Below the pieces are notes generated by a model. It was not told the DNA's origin, ran no database searches, and worked only from the letters and a program-made list of their open reading frames with translations. Position numbers and translations under genes: made by a program. A stretch of 64,000 nucleotides of DNA from Histomonas meleagridis 2922-C6/04-290x (lineage: Eukaryota > Protista > Parabasalia): positions 434,001 through 498,000 of the forward strand of contig JAANOX010000142.1 in assembly GCA_020184695.1 (NCBI GenBank). The letters run 5' to 3'. Shown in pieces: positions 43,980 through 55,116 of the stretch; within the stretch, counting starts at the first letter, position 1, and each line of letters opens with the position of its first letter.

Positions 43980-44781
43980 AACTGATGTTCAAAAATGGAG
44001 ATCATGGGTAAAAAAAAGTAAATTTAACATATTCATAAGTTTATTCAATTGACATTAAAAGAATGGGAAATGCTCAAAGTCTTGATGCAGGTGCAAATGT
44101 TATAGTTAATAGCGAAAATTAAAAAAAGAAACCATAAATCCTGAAGAAAATTTAAACTCAATTCTTTAGGATATATGGAAAAACATAGGTGAGGAAATCA
44201 TTAACAGACTTGTAAATGATTTTATTCGTCGATGTAAATTGGTAATTGACGTTGGTGGTGAAAGTATCAGTCGATATATTTCAAGCCATCGAAATTCTGT
44301 CAGAGAAAAAGATAAAGTTGACACAGCTAACATGAGATTTCGGAAGAAGGATCAAGACGAAACTCTATAAAAAAGGCACAGAGAATTTGGTAATCAATGG
44401 AAAAAAATTGGATAAGAGATCAATAGAAGTGGAACAGAAACTAAAAACAGGTATCATTTTTCTGCACAGGTCGAAGCGAATGATTATCTGGATCCCCATA
44501 CTTGGTTTCTTCCAATCGATGAAAATTTAATCATGGATCCGATCTTCGAAGATTGGCAACCAACATGGACATTGTAACAGAGGCCTATGATTTAGAAATT
44601 TAGGATTTATGTTGTATTTTAGCCCGATTTGCTGAAAAAGAATTACCATTGTTCAAAAATATAGACTATTTTTGAATAGTTTACAAAAACATTTCAATGA
44701 ATGAGTCCGTTACTTAATTTTGAATTTACATAGAAAAAGTGATTTTATTACAAAAGTATTCTCCATTTTTGAACATCAGTT
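43980..44781 (+). mobile_element. Internally deleted, decayed Tc1/mariner(IS630)-like DNA transposon with 22-bp TIRs
   Basis: Perfect inverted repeats aactgatgttcaaaaatggaga (43980-44001) and tctccatttttgaacatcagtt (44760-44781). The internal frame (~44135-44577) reads INPEENLNSIL*DIWKNIGEEIINRLVNDFIRRCKLVIDVGGESI, the Tc1-type C-terminal W..I....I..LV....R...VI...G pattern, followed by a Myb-like segment. No clean TA duplication. Confidence 0.7.
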
Positions 44782-45551
44782 ATTAATAATATATAAATAG
44801 TGTGATATATAAATAGTATAATATATAAATAGTATAATATATTGGTGACTTACTATCCATTTAAATGAATTCTTTATAAAAATTTTATGTCTGCGCGATC
44901 TTTTTGGAATTATGCCGCCTATCTACCTTTCAAAATTTTGACTCTTCAAAAAGTTCCAATTGTGAGACCACACAGATAATTTCCTTTCAATTTCACAAAT
45001 TCGTCAATTCAATATTTGAATTCTCAATCCTATCGTTATGCCTCGCTTTTTATGTTTTTAAATTTGTTGATTAATGTCAATTTTCTACTTCCTTGCCAAT
45101 ATTGTAATAATATTCAATCGTTGATTTAATATCAAAAATTTCTAAGTTTTAATACATTATACCAAAACAAAAAAAAGATTATAAATAGATCAAATATTCC
45201 AAAATTAATCTCAATACCTTATATTAAATATACATGTCATAACTTATACGCACATTATTTATGTAAAGTTATATCAATTGATTATATTTCTTTTGAGAAT
45301 ATAAAGACTAAATATATTCAATATTTCACCACAACAACTCAAAACAAATTGGAAAAAATTAAAAAAATCATCTATGTTGAATTATTTTTTAAAATATTCA
45401 AGCTTCTATGTAAGTCAATTATTATCAAAATTGGATATCTTAAGATGTATATTATATAAATTATATTTTAAATAATTATTATTTTAAAAATTATCTCGTT
45501 ATTGATATTAATATTATTTTTTTATTAACTCTTATATATTACAAAAAACTT

Positions 45552-46459
45552 TTGCGAATTTCTCAATCTAATATAAAAGAAAAAAATAATTTGAATAATT
45601 TTTTTGTTTTTACTATATTCTTGGTACAGATATTTCACACTTATAGTATCGATAATGTAACATTTATTATTTACAATTCTAATGGATTTGAAGAAGCAAC
45701 TAAAAACAAAGATAATATAACGCACATTATCATCAGAGGCAATGTTAGTGTGATTCCATTAAATGCATTTGCTGGGTGGACTTTACTATTATCCAATGAA
45801 ATTGGGAATAATGTCATTATAATTAGTGTTAATTCTTTTGAGAGATGTAATTCATTATTGATTGTAGTGATTGCAAAAAATATAACAACAATTGGAAATT
45901 ACGCATTTTCTTATTGTTCTTCGTTAACAAATATAGAAATTCCATCTTCTGTTACTTCAATTGGAGATTATGCATTTCGATTTTGTTCTAATTTAACTTG
46001 CATCTATTATTATGGCGACCAAGAACCAGACTTTGGATCATATGTTTTCGAATACATTTAATCCATCTTTACAATTTGATTTAACATTGATACATACGAT
46101 TGTATTCATTAATTCATTTTCTATTACAAACACAGTTACTGAAACACTTTTTCGTCACAAACACAAATACACTTTCTATGATTGGTCACGAGTATACACA
46201 AGTAGACACACAAATTTCTTATTATGATTCAGTGATCACTGAATATTACTCTAATTTCACTTTTTCTTATGATAACTTCGAAATAAGTAAAATCGAACAA
46301 AATGAAGATAACACTGTAGCAATAGCTGTTGGAATATGTGTTCCTGTCGCAATGATATTAATTGCAGTTTTAATAGTATTTTTAGTAATTCGTAAAAGAA
46401 GTAACAAACAAGTCAGCAGAGAAAGAAGTTATGTTGAAGAAATAGATGCTGAACCATAA
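45552..46459 (+). pseudogene. BspA-like (LRR_5) type-I membrane protein, frameshifted
   Basis: ITTIGNYAFSYCSSLTNIEIPSSVTSIGDYAFRFCSNLT repeats. The stalk and TM (VAIAVGICVPVAMILIAVLIVFLVI) lie in two other frames, and the LRR frame has no in-frame ATG. Confidence 0.8.
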
Positions 46460-47529
46460 AAATGATGAAAAATTAATAATAAAAATTAGTTTTCACGATT
46501 TTTCCTTTAATTTTTTTGAGTGCAAACAACATTATGAATGGTGTAGATGTAAATGTTGTGCTGAAACATGCAGATGGAAATTTCCTTCTTAAGCCCAAAA
46601 TAGACACTAGATCAAAAAATGATGGATGATAATGTGCAGGCTCAACGAAGTCTGCGTTTACTTTTTGATCGTTTGAGTGGCCACATATAACACAGCATTT
46701 TTCAGGAGGTTATGGAAAAGTCACAGGAGGTTATTTGAAAAATGACAACTGAGGTGCCCCATAACGATAACGATGGAAACCGTTGATTTTTACAATTTTA
46801 AGGAATTCTTCGTCTGCTTTTACTTATCAGAGAGAAAATTTTGTGGGCTTTGTGAATTGCTACAATATCAAATCATTTTTACTTCATAATACAGTCATCT
46901 GAATGGCTGTTGAGTGCTTTGAAAGGTTGAGTGAATTTCAGAACAAAACCGGTATGATTCAGTACATATATGGTCAGGTGGTTGTAAGGTGCTGCTGTCA
47001 AAAAACCATTAACTATTCAAATAATTAAATAGAATAACGATTGAATAAAGTTAGCAAAATGTTTCTTGAAAGACTCACTACCACCAATAATTTGTTTCAA
47101 ACTGCATCCTTCGAGTTGCTACATTACTTCCATCTAAAAAATCTGGAATCTTTGTTAAAATGTAATTATTTTTGAAGCAATTTTTTTTGATTTCTTCATC
47201 AAACCTTTGGTGATTTGGATCATTTTTGTTGGAAATTTTTCCATAATTTGTCTTGAAGGTGAATATTAAATTTTCTTCATTACCATTTAATTGATGATTT
47301 CCAATCAAATTAGTATTTTTTATATTTTTAAATAAATAGGGAAATTTATTTGTACGATTGCCCAGAGCGTTGTCAATTTTTGTTCGACCGATTTTCTATC
47401 GTTTTTCATAACAAACGGGTATTTGACACCCTTTGTAATAACGGTTCACAAATAAACCGAAATTCTGACTGAATATCAAAAAATTTGCTTTGAAATTTGA
47501 GCACTTTTGTTCATTTTTTATCAACAATA

Positions 47530-48534
47530 ATGGATGAAATTGCTTTTTTGAAGTTTCCAAAGATATATGAAAATACTGGAGAATTTAAGGCTCCGAAGAA
47601 AATCGAATGGATTGCAACAGAAAAAATTGATGGAAGTAATTTCAGCGTTTATAGTGACGGAAAGAAAGTAAAGTTTGCAAAAAGAACTGGCTTTATTAAA
47701 GAAGATGATTGGTTTTATAACTATCAAATTATAGCTCTTGATCTTTCGAAAAAAGCTAAAAAAGTATATGAAAATTTAAACTCGGCTAAACTTTCTCCAA
47801 AACAATTGAAATACATTGTAATATATGGAGAGTTATGTGGTGGGTGGTATCCTTCTGATGAAAATTGGACGGGTCCAGTTCCTTCTAGAGTCAATGTAAA
47901 AGGACATGTAATAGTTCCACTTGAACAACGCGCAGTCCAAGAAGGCGTTTATTATTCCGACAAAATCCAGCTTATAGTTTTTGATATTGTTTGGGTTGAT
48001 CAAAATAATAAATTTCAATATCTTGAATATGACTCCATGTCTTCATGTGCAAAAGAAGTTGGTCTTTACTTCACTCCACCTTTAGCTCGTGCCTCACTTC
48101 CAAAACTTTTGGATTATTCTCTTGAATTTGATTCAACTATTCCACCTATGTTTGGACTCCCTCGTATTCATAACAACACTGCTGAAGGAATCGTTATCAG
48201 ACCTGCATCGTGGCCTGGTCCTGGTCAGGACAGACCTATGCTCAAGCGCAAAAATAAACGGTTTCATCAATTTTCAGGCGATTTTGATCATCATGCAGTG
48301 AAAACAAATCCTTTCTTTGTTGCAACATGCATGATCAACCAGAATAGATTAAATGGTGTGATATCTAAGGTAGGTGCTAAAGCCGAAAAATCTGTTATTT
48401 TGGAAGAATTAGTGCAAGATGTATGGGAATCAATTTGGGAATTAGGAATACCAGTACAGAATTATGAAGAAGTAGATGCACACATAAGAAAGATTTCAGA
48501 ATCGATTGTACAGGAATTTATTGATGAACTTTAA
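47530..48534 (+). CDS. Rnl2: ATP-dependent RNA ligase, Rnl2 family (T4 Rnl2 / kinetoplastid REL-like), 334 aa
   Basis: Motif I WIATEKIDGSNF, III IYGELCG, IIIa VFDI, IV AEGIVIRP, V MLKRKN, plus the Rnl2 C-terminal domain INQNRLNGVISKVG...LVQDVWE. The track start is TTG; ATG is at 47530. Confidence 0.88.
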   Translation: MDEIAFLKFPKIYENTGEFKAPKKIEWIATEKIDGSNFSVYSDGKKVKFAKRTGFIKEDDWFYNYQIIALDLSKKAKKVYENLNSAKLSPKQLKYIVIYGELCGGWYPSDENWTGPVPSRVNVKGHVIVPLEQRAVQEGVYYSDKIQLIVFDIVWVDQNNKFQYLEYDSMSSCAKEVGLYFTPPLARASLPKLLDYSLEFDSTIPPMFGLPRIHNNTAEGIVIRPASWPGPGQDRPMLKRKNKRFHQFSGDFDHHAVKTNPFFVATCMINQNRLNGVISKVGAKAEKSVILEELVQDVWESIWELGIPVQNYEEVDAHIRKISESIVQEFIDEL

Positions 48535-49984
48535 AATAATTTTTTTTCTTAATTTTTTAACGAATAGAAATTATTGAAATTTGTCTTTAAATAATATCAT
48601 ATAATAGAATTAGTTGACTTAAATGTGATAATTTATTTGCTTACAATTCTTTAAAGTTTTAGCAATCAATGCCAAATCATACGATGTTTTTCAAATGGAT
48701 ACTAACCACCTTTGTAAACTGACCAAAGGCTTATTTTGTTGGTAATAGTTGCTATTAGAGTGTGGTATGTGTACATCAAATTTCTAAAATTCTTGTTTAT
48801 GTGAAGAGATCATGTACATGATTGATGAAATTGAGAACTCTAACTCAATTTACATATGATTCCTATGTCAAAGCACTACTAATTCCAATAAAACATTTAC
48901 ATCAGAAATTTAAAAATTTACATAGACAATTTTTAGCGATGATTTTGAAATAATTAAATACATTATTAGGAAGTCCCAAAACCCAACGCAAATTAAAAAG
49001 CAATAAAGTCATTTGAACTCAAGAACAAGCACATAGAGAAGATTTACAGTTAATATAATACTATTATGCATCATCACAATTCAACAACTCTTTCAAGCTT
49101 ATTCCATCTATTTCCTCATTAAGTTTTTTTCTTCTTCTTCGATTTCTTACTTTGTTAATTTTCCACAATCATATCCTATAGCTTGACTTATTATATAAAC
49201 TGTACCGGAGAATTCATCTAATGAAACTGAATGCAATTCATTTAAAGTGATTTAAGTTTTAACATTCTTGAGTCTTTACACGCAGTAAACAAAAAAGTAT
49301 ATCTAAGTATTCGTAACTCCTGTGAAGAACAACCTTTCCATATTAATTGACAACAACAATTATACCTGCCCATATATATATATATATATATATAAAACGC
49401 CAGAATCTTCAAAATGATTTATTAAATATTCTTCAATTTTTGTAAAATTCGAATCTTTTACTTTGTACTTCTCAAGGATTGCGTTTGCAGAATTTATAAT
49501 CTTACTTGGTGGTACCATTTCCAAATAAATTTCTTGAGGTTTTGTGTTTCATTTTTTTGATAATGATTTAATCTTCTTCGTTAAATTGCCAAAAAACAAG
49601 ACTTTTAAACCCATGATTGGCAAGAAGATGCCTTTTAACAGATTTTTTTTTTTTAAATTTTGGAATTATTAATAATATTCCAAGTATATTTCAAGTAATA
49701 TCATATAAATATATGCAAACAAGTTGAGACTAAGATAAAATGACTTTTTAAAATTTTCATTTAGTCACTTTCAATTTAAATTTGCGCACGATGTAACGCT
49801 TTTTAAAAGCAAAACTATCATATAAGCAACAAAGAAAAGATTTAAAAGAATTTTACTTGGAGTGTACTTCATATAATATCTTGAACAATGTTTCGTCCAA
49901 CATAAAATTTTATGTCGTAAAATTATTTACTAAAAAAACAAAATCGATAATTTCATTTATTAATTACAAACAAATATTTTTATT

Positions 49985-52777
49985 TTAAGGCAAATTTGCT
50001 TTTGCTTTTGTTTTTGGCTTAGCGATTTTCGCGACTTCTTTTCTTTGTCCATCAGCCAACAGCGGTGATGGAGCACGTGCATTTTTCCCGAATAATTTAT
50101 CCATTTTCAAGTCAGTTGCATGCGCTTCTTTTATCGAATTATTAATTTTTCTTTGTAATTCGTTTTTCTTATCGAGTAATTTTTTGATTAATTCTTTTTT
50201 CTCTTTACATTTTGTACATTCTTTGTTTTCCAAGTAAACAATTTCTTCTTCCAAAAATTTTGTTTCATCATTTAATTCGATTAATTTTTGTTCGATTTCT
50301 TTTTCTTCTTTTATTAGCTTAAATTTACTTTCTTCGATTTTTTCGACAAATTTTTGTTCGATTTTATTAATTTTTTGTTCATGTTTCTTTTTTAAGTTTT
50401 CTAATTCCGTTTTATATGAATCCATTTTTTGTTGATGCGTTTCTTTTAACTTTAAAATTTTTTCATTATTTTCATTGTTTAAATTTTCTTTCGTTTTATT
50501 AATTTCATTTTCTCTTTCGATTAACATTTTCGATTTAATTTTATTTGAGTTTTCTTTTTCATTTTTGATTTGATTTTCAAGTTCATTAATTTCTTTGTTA
50601 TTTTGATCATTTAATTTTTGAAGTTTTATTTCTAATTCATTTGTTTTCTGTTTTTCTTCATTAAGTTTTAATTCATATTTATTTCGAATCTCTTTTTCAT
50701 ATTGTTCAATTTCTTCAATATATTTATTTTGTAATATTTCGAACTTTTCGTTTTTGTTTTCTTTCTTTTTTAGTTCTTCGATTCGTTTGTTTTGTATATT
50801 TATATGTCGCGTTAATTGATTCTTTCGTTGTATTAATTGTAAATCAGTTTTATTTAATTGCTTTAAGTTAATTTCACATTGGTTTTGTATTTGTGTTATT
50901 TTCTTTTCATAATTTTCTTTCGTTTCATTAATAGTTTTTTCAATTGATTTAATTTCTTCTAAAAATTTTTTTATTCGTTTTTCAACTTCTTCTTTTTGTT
51001 TCATAATTCTTTCGATTATATCATTCAGATTTCTATTTTCATCTTCTTCTTTAGAGATTTGATGTATATCTTCAAGAAGTTTAGAATCTGTTTCACCTAT
51101 AAACAAATTAAGTTTTTCATCTTTCTTCTTTTTGATTATTTTTAATTCTTCTAAAAGTTTTAAGTTTCGTTTTTTACATTCATCAATTTGTCTTGTTAAA
51201 GATTCCATTATATTACGATGTGTTTCATCTTCTTTTCTTTCTTCTTCATTTTGATATTTTTTATTAATTTTATTTTGTTGCGAATTTTCTTCAATTTGTT
51301 CATTAATTTCATTTTTCAATTTCATTATTTCTTCGATTTGAAATTTCGTTTTTTGTTTATTTAATTCTGTTAATTTTCGTTGCTGCTCATAAAATTGTAA
51401 CATAATTTCATTGATTTCTTCAACTTTACTTTTAAGATTTTCTTCATTATGTTGAAGTGCTTCACCAACTTCAAGTTGTTTCTTATGATGTAATTCTTCT
51501 AAATCTTTATCACGTTCATTTTGGATATTTATTAATTTATTTTTTGCTTCTTTTAATGATTTTATTTTTGCGTCAATTTCTTTTTGATTTTCTTTATTTA
51601 ATATATCAATTTCACAATTTAATTGTTCATTTATATCTTTTTCTTTACTTTGAAACTCTAAAAATTGTTTGTTTCGAATGTTTTCTTGTTCTTTTATATT
51701 ATGATTCACTTCATTAAATTTTGTTTCATAATATGATGAAAGTGTTGAAGCATTTTCATCAAGAATTCGTTGCGTTTCTTGTTCTTCTTTAAGTAATTGT
51801 TCATTTAATTGTTTCAAATTTTCCTTTAACATTTCTTCGTTTTCTTTTTTAGTTTTTTCGAATTCCATTTGTAATTGTTCTATTTCTTTATCCATATTTT
51901 GGAGTTTTATATCATTACTTCGATATGTTTCATTTAATGTTTCAATCGACTTTCGATGCGTTTTAAAAAATGATTCTTCATGATTACGTAATCGAAGTGG
52001 TGATTCATTACGTATTTCAACAATCGAATGTTTAAGTGATTCATTTTGATGAAGAAGTGTTTCAACTTGTTTACTAGCAAGCGATTTCTTCTCACGGTAT
52101 TCGATGGTAACTTTTTCATGTTCAATTGCTGTGCGTTGATTTTCTTCGTCAATTTCTTCTTGTTGATGTTTATTAAGTTCATGTTTCTCATGGACAATTT
52201 GTTGTAGCCGTTGGTTTTCAGTGGAATTTCTTTCGTCAAGAAGTTTGAGTTGTTGTGTAAAATTTGCATATAGTTCAGTTACTTTGGAAGAAAGATCTTT
52301 TTCAAGTTTCGCAAAAGTTTCATTTTGATGTGATAGCAATGAGTTCTCTTCAGTGGCATATTCTGAGTTTTGGTTTTGAAGCTTAGATTTGTTTTCTTGC
52401 TTGATTTTTTCTTCGATTTTATCGTATTTATTTTGTTGCTTTTGTAGTTTTTCTTCAAAACTTTCTTGAAACTTATCAACAAGCGTGAAGGCTTCTTCAA
52501 CTTTGGCTCCTAATTTGGATATCTCTGAATTTATTTTATCCATGAAATTTAATTCCTTTTCTTCTTTCATTACATTAAAATTTTGAATGCTTTTAAGTAT
52601 GTTGTCACTATCATCAGCTTTATGTGAGACAGCGGTAATTACAGATGATAATATTGATGCAGAAATATCAAAAATTTCTGAAATATCATTAGTGGATTTG
52701 ATCGAATTATCTCTTAGATTCTGCGCCATTTCACGCATTTGAGCGCATTCATCTGAGAGATTTTGGATTGGATTCAT
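49985..52777 (-). CDS. Large coiled-coil (E/K/N/Q-rich) hypothetical protein
   Basis: 930-aa low-complexity heptad ORF; no family recognised. Confidence 0.8.
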   Translation of the reverse strand: MNPIQNLSDECAQMREMAQNLRDNSIKSTNDISEIFDISASILSSVITAVSHKADDSDNILKSIQNFNVMKEEKELNFMDKINSEISKLGAKVEEAFTLVDKFQESFEEKLQKQQNKYDKIEEKIKQENKSKLQNQNSEYATEENSLLSHQNETFAKLEKDLSSKVTELYANFTQQLKLLDERNSTENQRLQQIVHEKHELNKHQQEEIDEENQRTAIEHEKVTIEYREKKSLASKQVETLLHQNESLKHSIVEIRNESPLRLRNHEESFFKTHRKSIETLNETYRSNDIKLQNMDKEIEQLQMEFEKTKKENEEMLKENLKQLNEQLLKEEQETQRILDENASTLSSYYETKFNEVNHNIKEQENIRNKQFLEFQSKEKDINEQLNCEIDILNKENQKEIDAKIKSLKEAKNKLINIQNERDKDLEELHHKKQLEVGEALQHNEENLKSKVEEINEIMLQFYEQQRKLTELNKQKTKFQIEEIMKLKNEINEQIEENSQQNKINKKYQNEEERKEDETHRNIMESLTRQIDECKKRNLKLLEELKIIKKKKDEKLNLFIGETDSKLLEDIHQISKEEDENRNLNDIIERIMKQKEEVEKRIKKFLEEIKSIEKTINETKENYEKKITQIQNQCEINLKQLNKTDLQLIQRKNQLTRHINIQNKRIEELKKKENKNEKFEILQNKYIEEIEQYEKEIRNKYELKLNEEKQKTNELEIKLQKLNDQNNKEINELENQIKNEKENSNKIKSKMLIERENEINKTKENLNNENNEKILKLKETHQQKMDSYKTELENLKKKHEQKINKIEQKFVEKIEESKFKLIKEEKEIEQKLIELNDETKFLEEEIVYLENKECTKCKEKKELIKKLLDKKNELQRKINNSIKEAHATDLKMDKLFGKNARAPSPLLADGQRKEVAKIAKPKTKAKANLP

Positions 52778-52925
52778 AACATTTTTAGGTAACGAATTTG
52801 GGGTACACTAAATGAACTTTACATAAACAGAAAACGAATATTATTCTAATTTCAATAATGGAATTCTTTATGGTAAAAACATAACAAATATTATTTTTTG
52901 TCCACCAATTTAGAAATTCAAACAC

Positions 52926-53832
52926 AATATTCCATCTTCAGTAACTAAAATTGAAGATTATGGATTTGCTTATTGTGTTTTATTAGAATCAATTAATGTT
53001 GGTAAAAATGTTTCAACAATTGGTAAATGCGCATTTTATAATTGTTCCTCTTTAAGATCCATCAAAATATCAAATGAGAACAAACATTATTCCAATCTCA
53101 ATGATGAGGTACTTTTTATAATAAAAACATAACAACGATAATTTGTTGTCCATCAGGAACTTCAATATCAATTATAATATTCCATCTTCAGTAACTAAAA
53201 TTGAAAGTTATGGACTCGGCTATTGTTATTTAATAGAAACAATTAACTTTAGTGATAATGTTGCAACAATTGGTAATTATTAATTTACAAAATGTACATC
53301 ACTAAAAGAAACCACTATTCCAAAATTGGTAAGAGAACCAAAGGGTATTTATTTTATTATAATAAATTGAAATCCATTAGATTAAGTAATGTATACAATA
53401 TTCATTTTGTGGATGTACTTCAATGAAAGAAACCACAATTCCTGACTCAGTTACATCAATGAATGTGTGTGTATTTTCTTCTTGTTGCAAGTTAGAAACA
53501 GTTAAAATAGGTAAAAATGTAACATCAATTGCAGACAGAGTATTTGAACATTGTTTTCTTCTTTATTGTATATATTATAATGGAGAGACAAAACCAACAT
53601 ACGGTAATTATATATTCAATGGCGTACCTGCATCCCATGTTATTGTGCTCACTTCTTATGGTGATTCAACTTTTTGTACACTTCCAATAACATTTGATCA
53701 AACATGTACATTACCAAGCAGCCAAAATAAAATATTTGTATACCTTTGGCAGTAATAATTATCGTTGGAGTTGTCTTTTTCGTAATTCGATCAAAAAAGA
53801 AGAAAGAACAATTTGAAACATTTGATGCATAA
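52926..53832 (+). pseudogene. BspA-like (LRR_5) type-I membrane protein, multiply disrupted
   Basis: NIPSSVTKIEDYGFAYC, VSTIGKCAFYNCSSL and TIPDSVTSMNVCVFSSCCKL repeats with stops and frameshifts. The TM and tail IPLAVIIIVGVVFFVIRSKKKKEQFETFDA* are in a shifted frame. Confidence 0.8.
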
Positions 53833-54219
53833 ACGCTACGTTTCAAATTTTTTAAAAAATTCATTTTATTATCAATAAATAATTGTGAGTTAAATAATAT
53901 TATGCGTAATGTTAAAAGAATATTTTTTGTTAATTATTTGTCTATAGTAATCTGTTAAAGATATTTTCTTTTTTAAAATGATTTCATAATATTTCCATAT
54001 TAATATATATTTTTACTAAAAACAAATTGAATCCTTTTTTAATAACTTTTGTCAAAAAAACAATTTTAAAACGATAATTATAAATTTTGAGGCATTACTT
54101 ATAATAATCAAAGATTTTATTGAAAATCTCATAAAACAAATGAGAAAATCTTGTTTTCATGAAGAAAGTTCTTTTAAATGCATAAAACATCTCAAAAAAA
54201 TAACCGCTCGTATCGTAAT

Positions 54220-54240
54220 AACCGTTGATGGTCTTCCTTT
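54220..54240 (+). promoter_or_regulatory. M3 (AACCGTTG) plus M5 (CCTTT) core promoter of RPS17
   Basis: aaccgttgatggtcttcctttttttcaaATG; M3 start to M5 start is 16 nt, as for RPLP1. Confidence 0.75.
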
Positions 54241-54246
54241 TTTCAA

Positions 54247-54630
54247 ATGGGTCGTATCAGGACAAAGACAACAAAGAGAGCTTCACGTCTCATAATAGAA
54301 CGTTTTTACGGACAACTTAGCTTCGATTTTCAAGACAACAAGCGCGTTTGTGACGAAGTTGCTACAATCCCATCAAAAAGAATGAGGAATAAGATCGCTG
54401 GTTATGTTACACATTTAATGCGCCGTCTTGAACGTGGTCCTGTTCGTGGTATTTCCTTTAAGCTCCAAGAAGAAGAACGTGAAAAACGTGATAATTGGAT
54501 GCCAAAGATTTCTCAGCTTGAGCAACCAACCATCAGCGTCGACGCGGACACAAAAGCTATGCTTGCTGCAATTGGTCTCGACAATATGGAAGGTGTTGTC
54601 GTTAGAGAAAATAATCGCCGCCGCAAGTAA
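54247..54630 (+). CDS. RPS17: 40S ribosomal protein S17 (eS17)
   Basis: [21 protein letters not shown]...[44 protein letters not shown]. Confidence 0.97.
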   Translation: MGRIRTKTTKRASRLIIERFYGQLSFDFQDNKRVCDEVATIPSKRMRNKIAGYVTHLMRRLERGPVRGISFKLQEEEREKRDNWMPKISQLEQPTISVDADTKAMLAAIGLDNMEGVVVRENNRRRK

Positions 54631-55116
54631 ACAAATTTGTTGAATTTTTATATTTGTTTTATCTTCTCTATCTAAGGTATTCAGGGTTCTTTTTTAATGA
54701 GGAATAAATTATGTTTAAAAAACGAGCTTGACACTTTTGTGTGCTGGCTATTTTTTCATTCTAACATACTAAGTTAATATTGACTTCATATGTGATACAA
54801 AAATTTTTGCAACAGTTTTCCCTGTGCGAATACAGCAGAGGGGTTGCAGCAGTGGTCTGAGGCTTCCCCTACTGAACCCATCTAAATTGCACATAATAAA
54901 CTCACCATCCTGGAATGAATTCATAGGATTCCTCATTGACCATGGTCCACATTTTATGACGACGGTTTATGTCTTTCAAAATGTAATTTTACAACCATTC
55001 AATTTGATCAAATAATAAAATTTATTGAACATTCAAAAGTTGCAACTGCAATTAACGATCGTATTTTATTCAAAATTCATTGTGTGTCATTTTGTATTTG
55101 TAATCAATATCTTTTC

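Noticed and set aside
46500-47330. Minus-strand coding-like remnant (CVICGH..., ORF 47078-47308)
   Set aside because: No recognisable domain; probably pseudogene debris.
48960-49640. Decayed minus-strand ORF with a YYINCKSSLCACS segment suggestive of a SWIM finger / Mutator transposase
   Set aside because: Many stops, no complete CxC...CxH motif and no TIRs found. A tBLASTn/HMM search would be needed.
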